Source: Sphyrna mokarran
Lineage: Eukaryota
Assembly: GCA_024679065.1 (NCBI GenBank)
Contig: JAGIQG010000001.1
Span: 151,404,001-151,468,000 of the forward strand
Reading direction: 5' to 3'
Length of the DNA: 64,000 nt
The position numbers and the translations under genes are program-made. The notes below the pieces were generated by a model, which was given only the letters and a program-made list of their open reading frames with translations, ran no database searches and was not told the DNA's origin. Positions 25,750-36,725 of the stretch are shown one piece after another (positions within the stretch are counted from its first letter, which is position 1; every line of letters begins with the position of its first letter).

Positions 25750-26117
25750 GTACAATAATCAGTTGTAGTTGAATATGAAAAAGCAAAGTATAGAACAAGA
25801 AACCACAATTGTTGATATAGATCAAATTGGTCCTCCTGTAACAAAAAATGCACGCATAAAAAACATTCCAGAGTGTATCATTGGTGCTGCTTAAAACAGA
25901 ATGTGACATTGTAATATAATATTAGAACAGGTTTTCAGAAGCTTAATCAAATTAACATATTGAGGAAAACGAAGTGGGGACAGAGTTAAGGGGGAGGCAA
26001 AATTGAAGAAATTGGTAGATGAAGGCACAACGATGGAGCAGTGAAGATCAGATGCTTCTTTTACTTCAGTAAATTAATAACTAGTTAAATCAAATCAAAT
26101 AGGAGTGGCAGACATAT

Positions 26118-26670
26118 CAGGGAAGTGGTGTAATAGTAGTCACTAGACTTGGAATCCAGAGAATCAGGGTAATGATCTAGGGACTAAGTTCAAATCCCAT
26201 CATGGCAAATGGTGGAATTTGAACTCAAATCTGGAATTAGAAGTCTAATGATGACCATGAAATGGTGGTTGTACAATTTGGTTGCAGGTACAATTTTATC
26301 TTTTTAAAATTCACTTAGATGGATACATAGATACAATGTGTGTAGAGGGATGTAAGCCAAATGTGGATAATAGAGATTAGTTTAGCGGTTTTTTAAAAAG
26401 GGATGGGGGGGGGCAGCATGGACAAGTTGGGCCAAAAGGCCTGTTTTCATGCTGTAAACTTCTATGACTCTGTGATTTACCAATGTCTTTTAAGAAAGTA
26501 AATCTGCTGTCCTTAACCTGGTCAGGTCTAAATATGACTCCAGATTATTAGCAATGTGGTTGACTCTTAAAATGCTCTCTGAAATAGCCCAGAAAGCCTT
26601 CCAGTTGGGGGGGCAATTAAGGATGGGAATAAATACTGACTCAGCCAGCAATGCCCACATCGAATGAGTA
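26118..26670 (+). mobile_element. tRNA-derived SINE (non-V family), interrupted by a CR1 3' fragment (about 26315-26475)
   Basis: B-box aagttcaaatccc; tail aataaatactgactcagccagcaatgcccacatc shared with the 12490-14145 LINE; related pieces at 45050-45128 (-) and 54760-54920 (-). Confidence 0.7.
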
Positions 26671-26699
26671 GAAGTGGTAGTGTGGCATGACAGCAACAT

Positions 26700-28570
26700 G
26701 TAGAAGTATTTTGATATTGGACAACCACATCTACAACGAGATCTATTGTTCAACTTTGGCAAAGAGTTGGAATACATGCTGCAAATGTTGCGAAGCATTG
26801 GGAAGGCTGAGATTAGCTGAACATTGTCCCAGGAAGCAGTTCTTTTAGAATTTATCAGTGATTGTGATTGGAAGTAGGGTAAGTACAATTTGGTGAGCTT
26901 TGGCTTTAATGAGCAGATACAAGGTACTTGTTACCTCTGTAGATGAAGATAAGAACTGCAGAGGAGCTGGTAAATGGATCATAGCACCATATGGCTGAAA
27001 GCCATTCGGTAGAGAGCGTGTAAAGGAATTTCTCAGTGATATGGGACAATGGGGTAGATGCAGTTTTCTGCTGTTTAGACTAGGAGTTCAGAAGATTATG
27101 TTGCCTCCTTCGTGTCCAAGTTAGGGACATCTTTTTACAGATAGAGAGGAATTTGGTGTGAGGATCTAGTTGTTCTAATCTATGTAAGAACTAAAAATGA
27201 TTTACTCAGAGTTTGAGAAGTTAGAATCTAAATTAAAGCAGAACCTCAGATGGTGATAATCTTGGGACATTTTGAGTTATCCATCCCTTGGCATACGATT
27301 GAGCAGATTAGGGAATTTAAACATGTGGATCACTGGCACCATCACTAGGGGAGCTTTTCTGTTGGGATGGACTGCATTCAAACCTTTAAGATAAGTGCTC
27401 TGGCAAATCCAACAGGTATGTGGATTGAATTTTAAATGGAAGCATGGGGATGGTTCAAGTGAAGTGAAATTTAGAAATCTAAGATGACAATGTGGTTACA
27501 AGGTGACCAAAGTAAGCATTCCAGGAAACACATCTCAAAAAGAGAGACTACTAATGGAAGAGGAGTAGTCAGAGTAAAGGATGACATAAGGACATTAGTG
27601 AGAGAGGATTTTGGCTGAGATCAGGAAGTAGAATTGATATTAGAGATTAGGGAAAACAACGTTCAAAAACCACTTGTGGGAATACTTTCTGCCACCTCCA
27701 CACCCCGCTAGTTGGACAGAGTATTAAAAATAATTGAAGTTTGTAACAAAGGTATAATCTTTAATCTTTTAGGTCTTTAATCATACAGACTGAACCAATC
27801 AAATTAGCAAAGATGATCTGGAAGATGAATTTGTAGAATGTTTTTGTGATAGTTTTGAAAAGGTTTGGTAGAATCAATTAAGGATAAAGTTATCTTAGAT
27901 CTGGTATTGTACAACGAAGGAAATTTAATTAGTTTCATAGAAAAGATTTTCTGGGCTTAAAAAGTTGTGATTTTTCTAAAATTTCCTGGATTCTGCAACA
28001 GTCCCAGCAGATTGGAAGTTAGCAAAAGCAGTAGCACCACCATTAAAGGAGAGAGAACACAACAACAAGCTTGTTAATCTGGTCATTGGAAACATGCTGG
28101 ATTCTATTATGGATGTCCTGACAGTGCACTTTGAAAATAATAGTATAATCAATCAAAGTCAACGTTGTTTTATGAAAGGGAAATGATGTTTGACAAATAC
28201 ATCCTCAAAAGATTTCAATGTATCTTATAGGAGAATCAGTTGTTGTGTATTTATTTCCAAAGGTATTAAATAAGGTGCCGCTCACAAGGTTAGTAAGCAA
28301 GACAAGGGCTTATAGAATTGGGCTAATATTAGTGTGGATAGAGGATTGGTTAACAGATAAGAAACAGAGTAGGGATAAACAGAGCATTTTTTCAGGTTTA
28401 GTGAGTGGACAGCAACATTGCAAATGGACAACAATGAGGGAGACTATTCACTTTGGTCATTAGAATGGAAAAGTAGAGCTTTTTTAATGGAGCGTGAAAC
28501 TTTTAAGTATTGATCTTTAGAACTTTGGTTTATTCAGAGAACACATCGTCATTAGGCAAGCACAGCTAGG
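26700..28570 (+). mobile_element. Very degenerate CR1 (ORF1 esterase to RT remnants)
   Basis: tgttgcctcct (CCLP-like), gggatggactgcattcaaac (DGLHLN-like), cttagatctggtattgtacaacga (LDLVLCNE-like), aagtcaacgttgttttatgaaagggaaatgatgtttgacaaat (SQHGFMKGKSCLTN-like). Confidence 0.65.
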
Positions 28571-29806
28571 AAGGCTTTCCTGCAACATTCTTTCAAAATA
28601 TCCTCTATCCTCTGTAGTCCTTGTAATGCATTGAGTGATTTAAATCATCTAGCTGTGGCCTAACTAGTGTTGTATACTGTTCTAGTTTTATCTCCCTGCT
28701 CTGTACTCTATGCCAGGCGCCCTGTTCGCCACCTTAATTACCTATTGTGTAACGTTCAGGGATCTAAAATGTGTGTTTTCAAGCTCTTCTACTCTTAAGA
28801 CATTAGTATACAATCTTAAACTGTTTTGTACCTCAAGTTTGAGTTTTACCAAATTTCGTAAAACACGGTATAAAGATTTTTGTTATCTATATTTCATTTA
28901 ATTCACTGATGTGAGAAGAGCACTTGATCTTCAAAAATTCAAGCATTACTTTCTTTGGAATATTTGTTGTTTCTGTTGCTCTGGGTAACTAATGAAAGAC
29001 AAGCTATGAAAACATTACCTGACTACTACTGACCTAGATATCCCTTCTGTGGGATTAATTGTGAATGTTGACATTTCAAAGAATTATAATATTGCTGTTT
29101 ATTTAATCTTGCTTTGTGCAAATTGGCTGTTGTATTTCATGCATGACAAGAGTGTCTCGATTTAAAATACTTTATTGACTATAAAGTGCATTGGCACACC
29201 CTGAGGTCAGTCTGACTTGCTGGAAAATAATGATCAGGCCAAATCACTTTGAAGCCTCTGAAGTAATGAGAAGCATATCTTTTTTCCCCCCTTTTGGTGT
29301 TAATTGTCTGGGTAAAATCTAAATAGGTACCTAGAAAAGTTGTAAATTGTTATGGTTGAAGAATCTGAGCAAATTGCATGCATTTAGAAATGACTTTAAT
29401 TGTACAAAATAAATGCTAGGGTTTCTAACTGACTTGCTTACTGAATCCCATCAGAAAAATTTGTTTTGGCGGCAAATCTCTGCTAATTATATCATGGAAC
29501 TTATGGTCCAGATCTGGAGGTGTCAACGTTCACAAGAAATTGTGGTAGTACATAGAACAATGGGTTTTGTCCTACTTTCTTTTACTTTGTCCCCACAACT
29601 TTTAATAGACCCACATTAGATCAAATACAAGTTCAACTTAATTATACTATGTACAGTTTGCATATTTGATTCATACAAGTCTGGCACTTCCAGCAGTTAC
29701 TACCAGAATGACTACAATTTAAATTCTAACTTTTTTCATTTGCATTGCATTTAGAATAGTTGACATTCTTCCTTTTATTCCCCCCTGCCCCCCACTTTTT
29801 TGTTAG

Positions 29807-29916
29807 ATATGGGTTGGAGTGCCTGTTTAGATTTTACAGTTATGGATTGGAGAGAAGATTTCGTCATGACATATTTAAGGACTTCCAAGAGGAAACTGTA
29901 AAAGACTACGAAGCAG
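29807..29916 (+). CDS. LARP1B: LARP1B DM15 exon ([37 protein letters not shown])
   Basis: long polypyrimidine tract then ttAG, GCAG|GTaacc donor, 110 nt, phase 2 to 1. Confidence 0.97.
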
Positions 29917-30154
29917 GTAACCATCATTCCAAAGCACGGAAAAGCAGCTAGTTGTATAGCAGTTTGTACGAGATAGAGTCTGTAGTTACAACACAGAAAA
30001 AATGTTACTTTTATAAATAATTGCAAATATGATGGCAACAGGAATAAAAGATAAATTGATGACATATAAAAGTAATCAACCTTGGGGTTCTAAATTTATA
30101 AAGAAATTAATAAATTGACTATTTTTTAAAACTAAAATGCTGCCTTCATTTCAG

Positions 30155-30282
30155 GACAACTCTATGGTTTGGAAAAATTTTGGGCTTTTCTCAAGTACAC
30201 TCAAACCAAGAATTTGCCAATTGATCCCAAATTGCAAGAATACCTTAGCAAGTTCAAGCGTCTTGAAGACTTCAGAGTCGAT
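30155..30282 (+). CDS. LARP1B: LARP1B DM15 exon (QLYGLEKFWAFLKYTQTKNLPIDPKLQEYLSKFKRLEDFRVD)
   Basis: ttcatttcAG acceptor, GAT|GTgagt donor, 128 nt, phase 1 to 0. Confidence 0.97.
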
Positions 30283-31194
30283 GTGAGTAAATTTTGCATT
30301 TTGTTCTTTATTTGTGACAGAGGATTTCTTCAGTTACTTGGGAATGATTTAGAGTTTACTTGGGTCTGCAGCTGTAATTAGCTGATGTATTCATCATTTG
30401 TGTGGCTTATTAAAAATAAATAAGTTATAATTATTGAATTGGGAAAGGATTGAATTGCCCAGGAATGTTTTTCTGGGAATGTTTACCCATTTTGATGGAT
30501 CTCACTCCACTCCTACAATATACAAGACCTTGACCTATGGCACCAGAGCATTCAAAATGACAGGCTGTGAACATTACAGCCAGAAATGTATCTAGCACTA
30601 TATGGATCTGGTGTTAAAATATTGTCTAACGTCTATACCTGAAACTGGCATTGAACCTTTACATATGCAAGTAGTGTGAAACCTACTGCCTACTTTACCA
30701 AATTGATTTGCCCTGATGGTTGCCAATCTGTGTGTAGCCAACAGACTTTAGAGGCCACCACCAAATAGGTAGGTCTTTAAAAGAGACTTGGCTCAATGTG
30801 GAACTGGACAAGGTACAAGAATGTCGCTTGCTGTTGATGGCCACTGCATTCCCCTCTGTGCACATTGCAGGCTCAGTCTCCCTCTTGACTCTCCAGAGCC
30901 ATATTTGAGGGCCAGTGCCAGCAACGTAATGGCCTGTAGTTGAAACCATTTTTGCCAGTCTGATGTAAATATAAAACTTAGATTCAGAGAATACAGACAG
31001 CTAAGGTAGACACTTATTTGAGTAATTTAACATTGTTTATTAAGTTTGTTCAGATATGATGCATTAATCAATTAGACAGAAAAACCAGTTTCAGATCCCA
31101 GAGGCTGAAAAGACGTTTGACACTGTTGACCTCAGTAGTTTGTATTCTGCTCTGCAGTAAACTCTTCCTGTTCCATCTAAAGAAAGTGACTACT

Positions 31195-31255
31195 CTCATG
31201 AGCTCATGAGCATGTAATGAGCTCATTACATGCTCATAATGTAATGAGCATTACA
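31195..31255. repeat. Cluster of overlapping palindromes incl. a perfect 32-bp palindrome
   Basis: ATGAGCATGTAATGAG|CTCATTACATGCTCAT at 31206-31237; CTCATGAGCTCATGAG at 31195-31210; TGTAATG-AG-CATTACA at 31240-31255. Confidence 0.95.
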
Positions 31256-31829
31256 ACTTCCCAGGACTGCTCCCCACTCTTAGAACATTTGTAAATATGT
31301 GCTTTTTATGGGGGCTGGTAGCTTACCTAGTGTCAGTTCCCTCTTCAAATCCTTCTCAACAATCTGTTACCTCCTCTCTTGATGGTCACCATGCCCGAGG
31401 TCAGCCTTTTAGTTTGCATCATGCTGAGGGTCAGTTCCTGGTGCTTTCCAAATACATAAATATATGGAATAAAGCTGACAGTATGGATACAGAATTGGTT
31501 GAGTTGAACTTTGAGGAGCACTGTGTAGAACTTGAGGATAAAGCAAGTTGGTGGAATGGGCAGATACGCGGCAAAGGAAGTGTGGCAAAGTGCAAGGTCA
31601 TGCATTTTGGTAAGTTTCCATTTAATATTTGGAAACCGGTATTTGGAAAGGGTCAGGATGTAATACTCTAAACCAACTTAATAAATTACGTTAAATTATT
31701 CACATAGTTAGCTGCCTATTTTAGATGTCTATTTTTACAATTACATCAGACTGGCAAAAATGGCTTCAACAGACTAGTATAGCATGACATAAACTTGAAA
31801 TGCTGACCTCTGGCTTAGATAAAATGATA

Positions 31830-32410
31830 AAATGTGCAGTATCCTGAGTTTTATTAATAGGGGCATAGAGCACAAGCACAAGAAGGTTATACTGAACTTA
31901 TGCAGGGCATTAGTCACGTCTCAACTGGAGTATTGTGTATAATTCTGGGCACCACATGATGGGAAGAATGTAAACACATTGGTGAGAATGCAGAAGTAGT
32001 TTCCAAGGATGAGAAACTTTAGTTATGAGGATAGATTGGAAAAGTTGGGACTGTTCTCCTTTGAAGAGGAGGAGGCCAAGAGAAGATTTGATAGAGGTGC
32101 TCAAAATTGAGGGTCTGGATTGAGTAGATATGGAGAAACTTGCTCATTAAAAGGCCATGACAAAAGGGCACAAAGTTAATGTGATCTACAAAAGAAGCAA
32201 ATGTGATATGAGAAAAATCATTTTCACACAGTGATTCAGGTCTGGAATGCACTGCCTGGAAGGTGTTGATGGAGGCAGATTCAAGAGGGCCTTAGTTGTA
32301 CAATATTTCTATTCAAATGATCAAGGATGCAGGGAAAAGTATAATGCTCATTTAGCGAGCTGGTGCATTCACAGTGGATCATATGGTAGCCTTCCATGAT
32401 GTGAAATTCT
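31830..32410 (+). mobile_element. Old CR1 3' fragment
   Basis: tcaactggagtattgtgtataattctgggcacca (QLEYCVQFWAP-like), agttatgaggatagattggaaaagttgggactgttctcc (SYEDRLEKLGLFS). Confidence 0.8.
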
Positions 32411-32693
32411 GTAACTTTGATAAAGGTTACACAAGATGCCATCCTACCAACTTAGGAATGTCAACGTGGCAGTCTGAGCCAAGTGACTAACTGACTCTTT
32501 CAGGGTCTAATTGTTGCCTGTTTAAAAATTTGTCTTTCGAGAGAAACTAATGCTGTTTAATTCATCTGAGTTCTATACTAAGCAGAAAATGCTGGGTTTT
32601 TTAACCCAATTTCTTAAATAATAAAGGCTCAATGGGACCAACTCCATTCTGTGGGAGAAATGATTTCTAAGTTCTTGTTCTGAAGTATTTTAG

Positions 32694-35605
32694 ATGAAGA
32701 ACATTGCCTATTGTCAGTGTCATATGTGGGAGTTCCTGGAGGCAAGATGTCTCTCGAAAGCCCACATACGCGTCAAGTGTTTGGAGCTGCAGCATGTGAG
32801 GGCTTCGCTCAAGCAACTAGAGCGGCGATTGGAAGATGTATTTTTAGTCAGGGAGAATGAGGCAGTAATGGAAGGAAGGCATAGTAAGGTGGGTGGACCC
32901 AGAGTCAGAGGGGAATCTGACCCTTACAGGTGGGTTACTATAAGGAAGGGGAAAAAGGAGCGGGGCAACAGTCCAAAAACTTCCCCAGTGGCAGTCCCCC
33001 AAAACATTGAAGGTGGAGAAGTAAAAAAGGTAAGGCAGGAGGACCAGAGTACCTCAGAGGGGATGAAGGAGGCTAGAAAGAGATAGTGGTGGGGGATGGG
33101 AGGATTAAAGGAATAGATAGGCGGTTCTGTAGTCAAAGGCGGGACTCCAGGATGGTAGTTTGCTTCCCGGAGCAGAGGTGCAAGATGCCTCTGACAGGGT
33201 AGAGCGCATTTTGAAGGGTAAGGGGACCCAGGCAGGTGTATTTGTTCACATAGGAGAGAAGGATGTAGGAAGGAAGAGCAGGGAGGATATACGAAGACAG
33301 TTTAGGGAGTTGGGTGGATAGGCTGAACAGCAAGACGTCCAGGGTGGTGATCTTAGGGTGCTACCAGGGCCAGGAGAAATGAGATCCTACTGCTGAATGC
33401 ATGGCTGAAGGATTGGTATAGGGCAGAGGGTTTCATATGGGAAGTATATACTGGGAAGTATTTGTGAAAGAAGGGCACCTGTATAGCAGGGATGGGGAAC
33501 GCTTGAATGGGAAGGGCATGAATATCTTACCTGGGAGGTTACCTGGAGTGTTTTGACAAAGTTTAAACTAATAGGGAGGTGGGGAGGGGATGAGACCAAT
33601 AGCTGGTTAGGGAGTGAGGTGGGAGATAGAGTAAGCTTGGATGAGAGGAAATACACCAGGGAGAAGGAGGTTCTGAGTGGGCTTGGAGGTCTGGAATGCA
33701 TCTGTTTCAATGTGAGGAGCATAACAGGAAAAACGGGAGAAGGAGGTTACGAGTGGGCTTGGAGGTCTGGAGTGCGTCTGTTTCAATATAAGGAGCATAA
33801 CAGGAAAAACAGATGAACTTAGGGCCTAAGTGTTTGCGAGGAACTTGGATGTGGTTGCCATGACAGAGACATGGTTAAAGGAAGGGAAGAAGTGGCAGCT
33901 GAATATTCCTGGGTATAAGTGTTTCAGGCGTGACAGAGGAGAGGGTCCAGAAGAGGTGGGGGGAGTGGTGTTGTTAGTTAGGGACAGCATCACAGCAGTG
34001 CAGAGGGAGAACAATATAGAGGAGTTAGGAGTGGAGTTGAAGAATAGAAAAGGAGTGATTACTATGCTAGGGTGTATTTTAAGCTACTCAACAGCTCGCG
34101 GGTAGTTGAAGAAGGCATGTCTAAAGACATTTTGGATAGGTGCAGAAAGAACAGAATCGTTATAGTGGGAGATTTTAATCTCCCTGAGGTGGATTGGAAA
34201 GTACCTAGAGCTGAGGGTTCAGATGGGGAGGAATTTATAAAATGTGTACTGGAAGGATCGTTGGAGCAGTATGTAGCTAGTCTGACTAGAGAGGGGGCTA
34301 CATTGGGTTTAGTTCAGAGTAATGAGCCAGGGCAGGTGGTTGATGATGTAGTAGGGGAACATGTGGCTAACAGTGACCACAATTCTGCCTATTTTAGGAT
34401 ACAGATGGAAAAGGATGCTTGTTGCCCTAGGGGGAGAATGCTGAATTGGGGGAAGGTTAACTACAGTCAGATTAGGCAGGAACTTATGGAAACTGATTGG
34501 GAACGGTTGTTCAAGGGTATGTCCACGCTAGCCATGTGGGATTCTTGCAAGGGAATACTGAAAATGTTGCAAGAAAGATATGTGCCAGCTAAGAAGGATG
34601 GGAAAGGGTAGGATTAGAGAGCCATGGATTATTAGGGATCCAGTTCTGGTCGCCTTACTACCGGAAGGACATGGAGACTCTGGAGAGAGTGTAGAGGAAG
34701 TTTACCAGGGTGCTGCCTGGTATGGAAGGTCTGAGTTACGAGGAGAAGTTAGGCAAATTGGGACCGTTTTCCTTAGAAAGACGTAGACTTAGAGGAGATC
34801 TAATAGACGTGTGCAAGATTGAGGGGTATAGATAAACAGGGTTAAGCTTTTTCCTAGGATGGACTCGAATAGCAGGAGGGGTCACGGGCTTAAGATGAGG
34901 GGGGTACGGTATAATTTGGATGCTAGAGGGAGTTTTTTCACACAGAGGGTGGTGGGGGTATGGAATGTGCTGCCAAGTAAAGTGGTGGAGGCAGGCACTA
35001 TGGTATTATTTAAGAAATACTTAGATGGGCACATGAACAGAATAGGAATGGAGGGGTATAGAAAACTGATTTAAAATAGGGATCATGAGCCTTGGGAGTC
35101 CCTGGGAAGTGTGCAAATAGATGATGATATTGATGTATTTATTTTTATCCCACAGGTGCTTTGGTCCACCTTGTTGTCTAACAAGGGGCATACACGCGAT
35201 GGGTCGTGAGAGGGCTGCTCTTGGATTTTTTTTCAAGAGTATCCTAGTGTTTCATGACATTAGTGTACACTTGACCTGAACCATTTGATGGGCAACACGA
35301 CAGCTCAGTGACTATCGCTGTGCTGTGCAGATGCATGGATTTGGGCCTATGTCTGTGGGAGTTTGCGCATTCTCCCTGTGCTTGCGTGGGTTTTCTTCGG
35401 GTGCTCCAGTTTCCCCCCTCATCCCAAAGATGTGCTCTTAGGCTGATTGGCAGAACAAATTCTCCCTAAATTGTCTCAAATTTGTTTTTTTAATCCATAG
35501 ATCTATAAACATAGACAGGGATCATGGGTAGGAGTGGGAATATCGAGGTGGCAGCGCAGGTTCGTTGGGCCGAAGGGCCTGTTTCCCGTGCTGTTTTGTT
35601 CTTTG
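32694..35605 (+). mobile_element. CR1 subfamily A: ORF1 + endonuclease, RT core deleted, composite 3'UTR
   Basis: ORF1 CQCHMWE...KCLELQ..L.QLERRL (zinc finger/leucine zipper), EN VAMTETW, IVGDFNLP, NSDHN; jumps at ~34640 to QFWSP; 3'UTR 35075-35605. Confidence 0.92.
33659..33810 (+). repeat. 76-bp tandem duplication at the ORF2 start of the CR1
   Basis: units 33659-33734 and 33735-33810 (gggagaaggaggtt..gagtgggcttggaggtctgga..ataacaggaaaaac). Confidence 0.92.
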
Positions 35606-36011
35606 TACATTGTAATGAAAATTGACAGCATTTCTTACAGCCAGTCTTTGAAGGATTTCTCCTTGCTCCTTACAAAGAAAGCTCCTCTTCGCATGATTAT
35701 TGGCGAATAAGAAAGATCATGCATAGCTTTTACAAGGCACAATTACAATAGAATAAGAGTATTGGTGTATCAAAATTTTGAATCAATAGTTATTATTAAT
35801 ACTGCAGGATTTTTTGACTGCTCCATCATTGTCTTTGTACACTGCGAGTAAGTAGGTGATAACCATTTGAAGTGTTGTCCAACATAGAAAATGACTATTA
35901 AACCCTGCAATTAATTCCACAGTATGGTCAAGCAAAACTGCTAAGTAATTTTACATCTTTGCCATTCAGCCCTGATTCTGAAATTGTCACAGAAACACAA
36001 ACACACAACCT

Positions 36012-36185
36012 GCAAAATACTGTAGATGCTGGAAATCTCAAATTAAAATAGAAAATGCTGTTAAAAACTCAGGCCTGGCAGCTTTTTTTTTTGAAGACTC
36101 ATAGAGACTTGAAAAATTAGCTGCTTTTTCTCCACAGACACTGTCAGATCTGTCCAATCTTTCTTGCATTTTCTACTCGTATTTT
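36012..36185. mobile_element. Old Penelope-type inverted terminal remnant (second family; related pieces at ~400-530 and ~41625-41740)
   Basis: aaaatactgtagatgctggaaatct..aaaatagaaaatgctg with partial inverted copy tctccacagacactgtcagatctg..gcattttcta. Confidence 0.5.
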
Positions 36186-36476
36186 ATTGCAAATTGTCAT
36201 GTCCGTCTGATCTTTTAAGCCTGATCCCAGGCAGATAATTATTGTGCTATATTTGTACAAGTGTCTGTTTTGTTGGTAGATAGCCACTACTATCTTGAAG
36301 CTACTAATCAGTTTTATACTTTCTGATCTAATCATATGATCTGCTTACATGCTTCAGCATTTTAAAAATAATATATTTTGCTCAGAAATGTTCTTTGTGC
36401 TCTGCTTAGCAGCGTAGATATAGTTATGCTTCTGACTTTTGTTTGTTGAAATGTGCTAATAATTTTTATTTCTTAG

Positions 36477-36725
36477 CCTCCATTTGGTGATGAGGTTGGT
36501 CGAAAGAGACGTTCTTCTGGAGCTGATGACAGTGGTCATAGAAGACATCTATCGAACTCCTCTACTAGTAAACCAGTAACTGCTGCTAAGCCCTTACTCA
36601 CCAATAAGCCTCAGGTCTCAACAAATCCTTCCAAAAGGAATGCGTCATCTGGGAAATCTGAGGAGAACATGAGCCAGAATACTGCTGCCATGACTACCAC
36701 TGAAACTGAAACACCTGAGAAGTAG
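36477..36725 (+). CDS. LARP1B: LARP1B terminal coding exon (PPFGDEVGRKRRSSGADDSGHRRHLSNSSTSKPVTAAKP...TETETPEK*)
   Basis: tttttatttcttAG acceptor; 83 codons incl. TAG at 36723-36725; resembles the recalled human LARP1B tail (PPISDEFGRKRHSS...STKPPNAAKP); missed by ORF track. Confidence 0.92.
   Translation, partial: PPFGDEVGRKRRSSGADDSGHRRHLSNSSTSKPVTAAKPLLTNKPQVSTNPSKRNASSGKSEENMSQNTAAMTTTETETPEK

Noticed and set aside
4353-36476. U12-type introns in LARP1B
   Set aside because: All nine donors are ordinary GT sites; none has the GTATCCT consensus.
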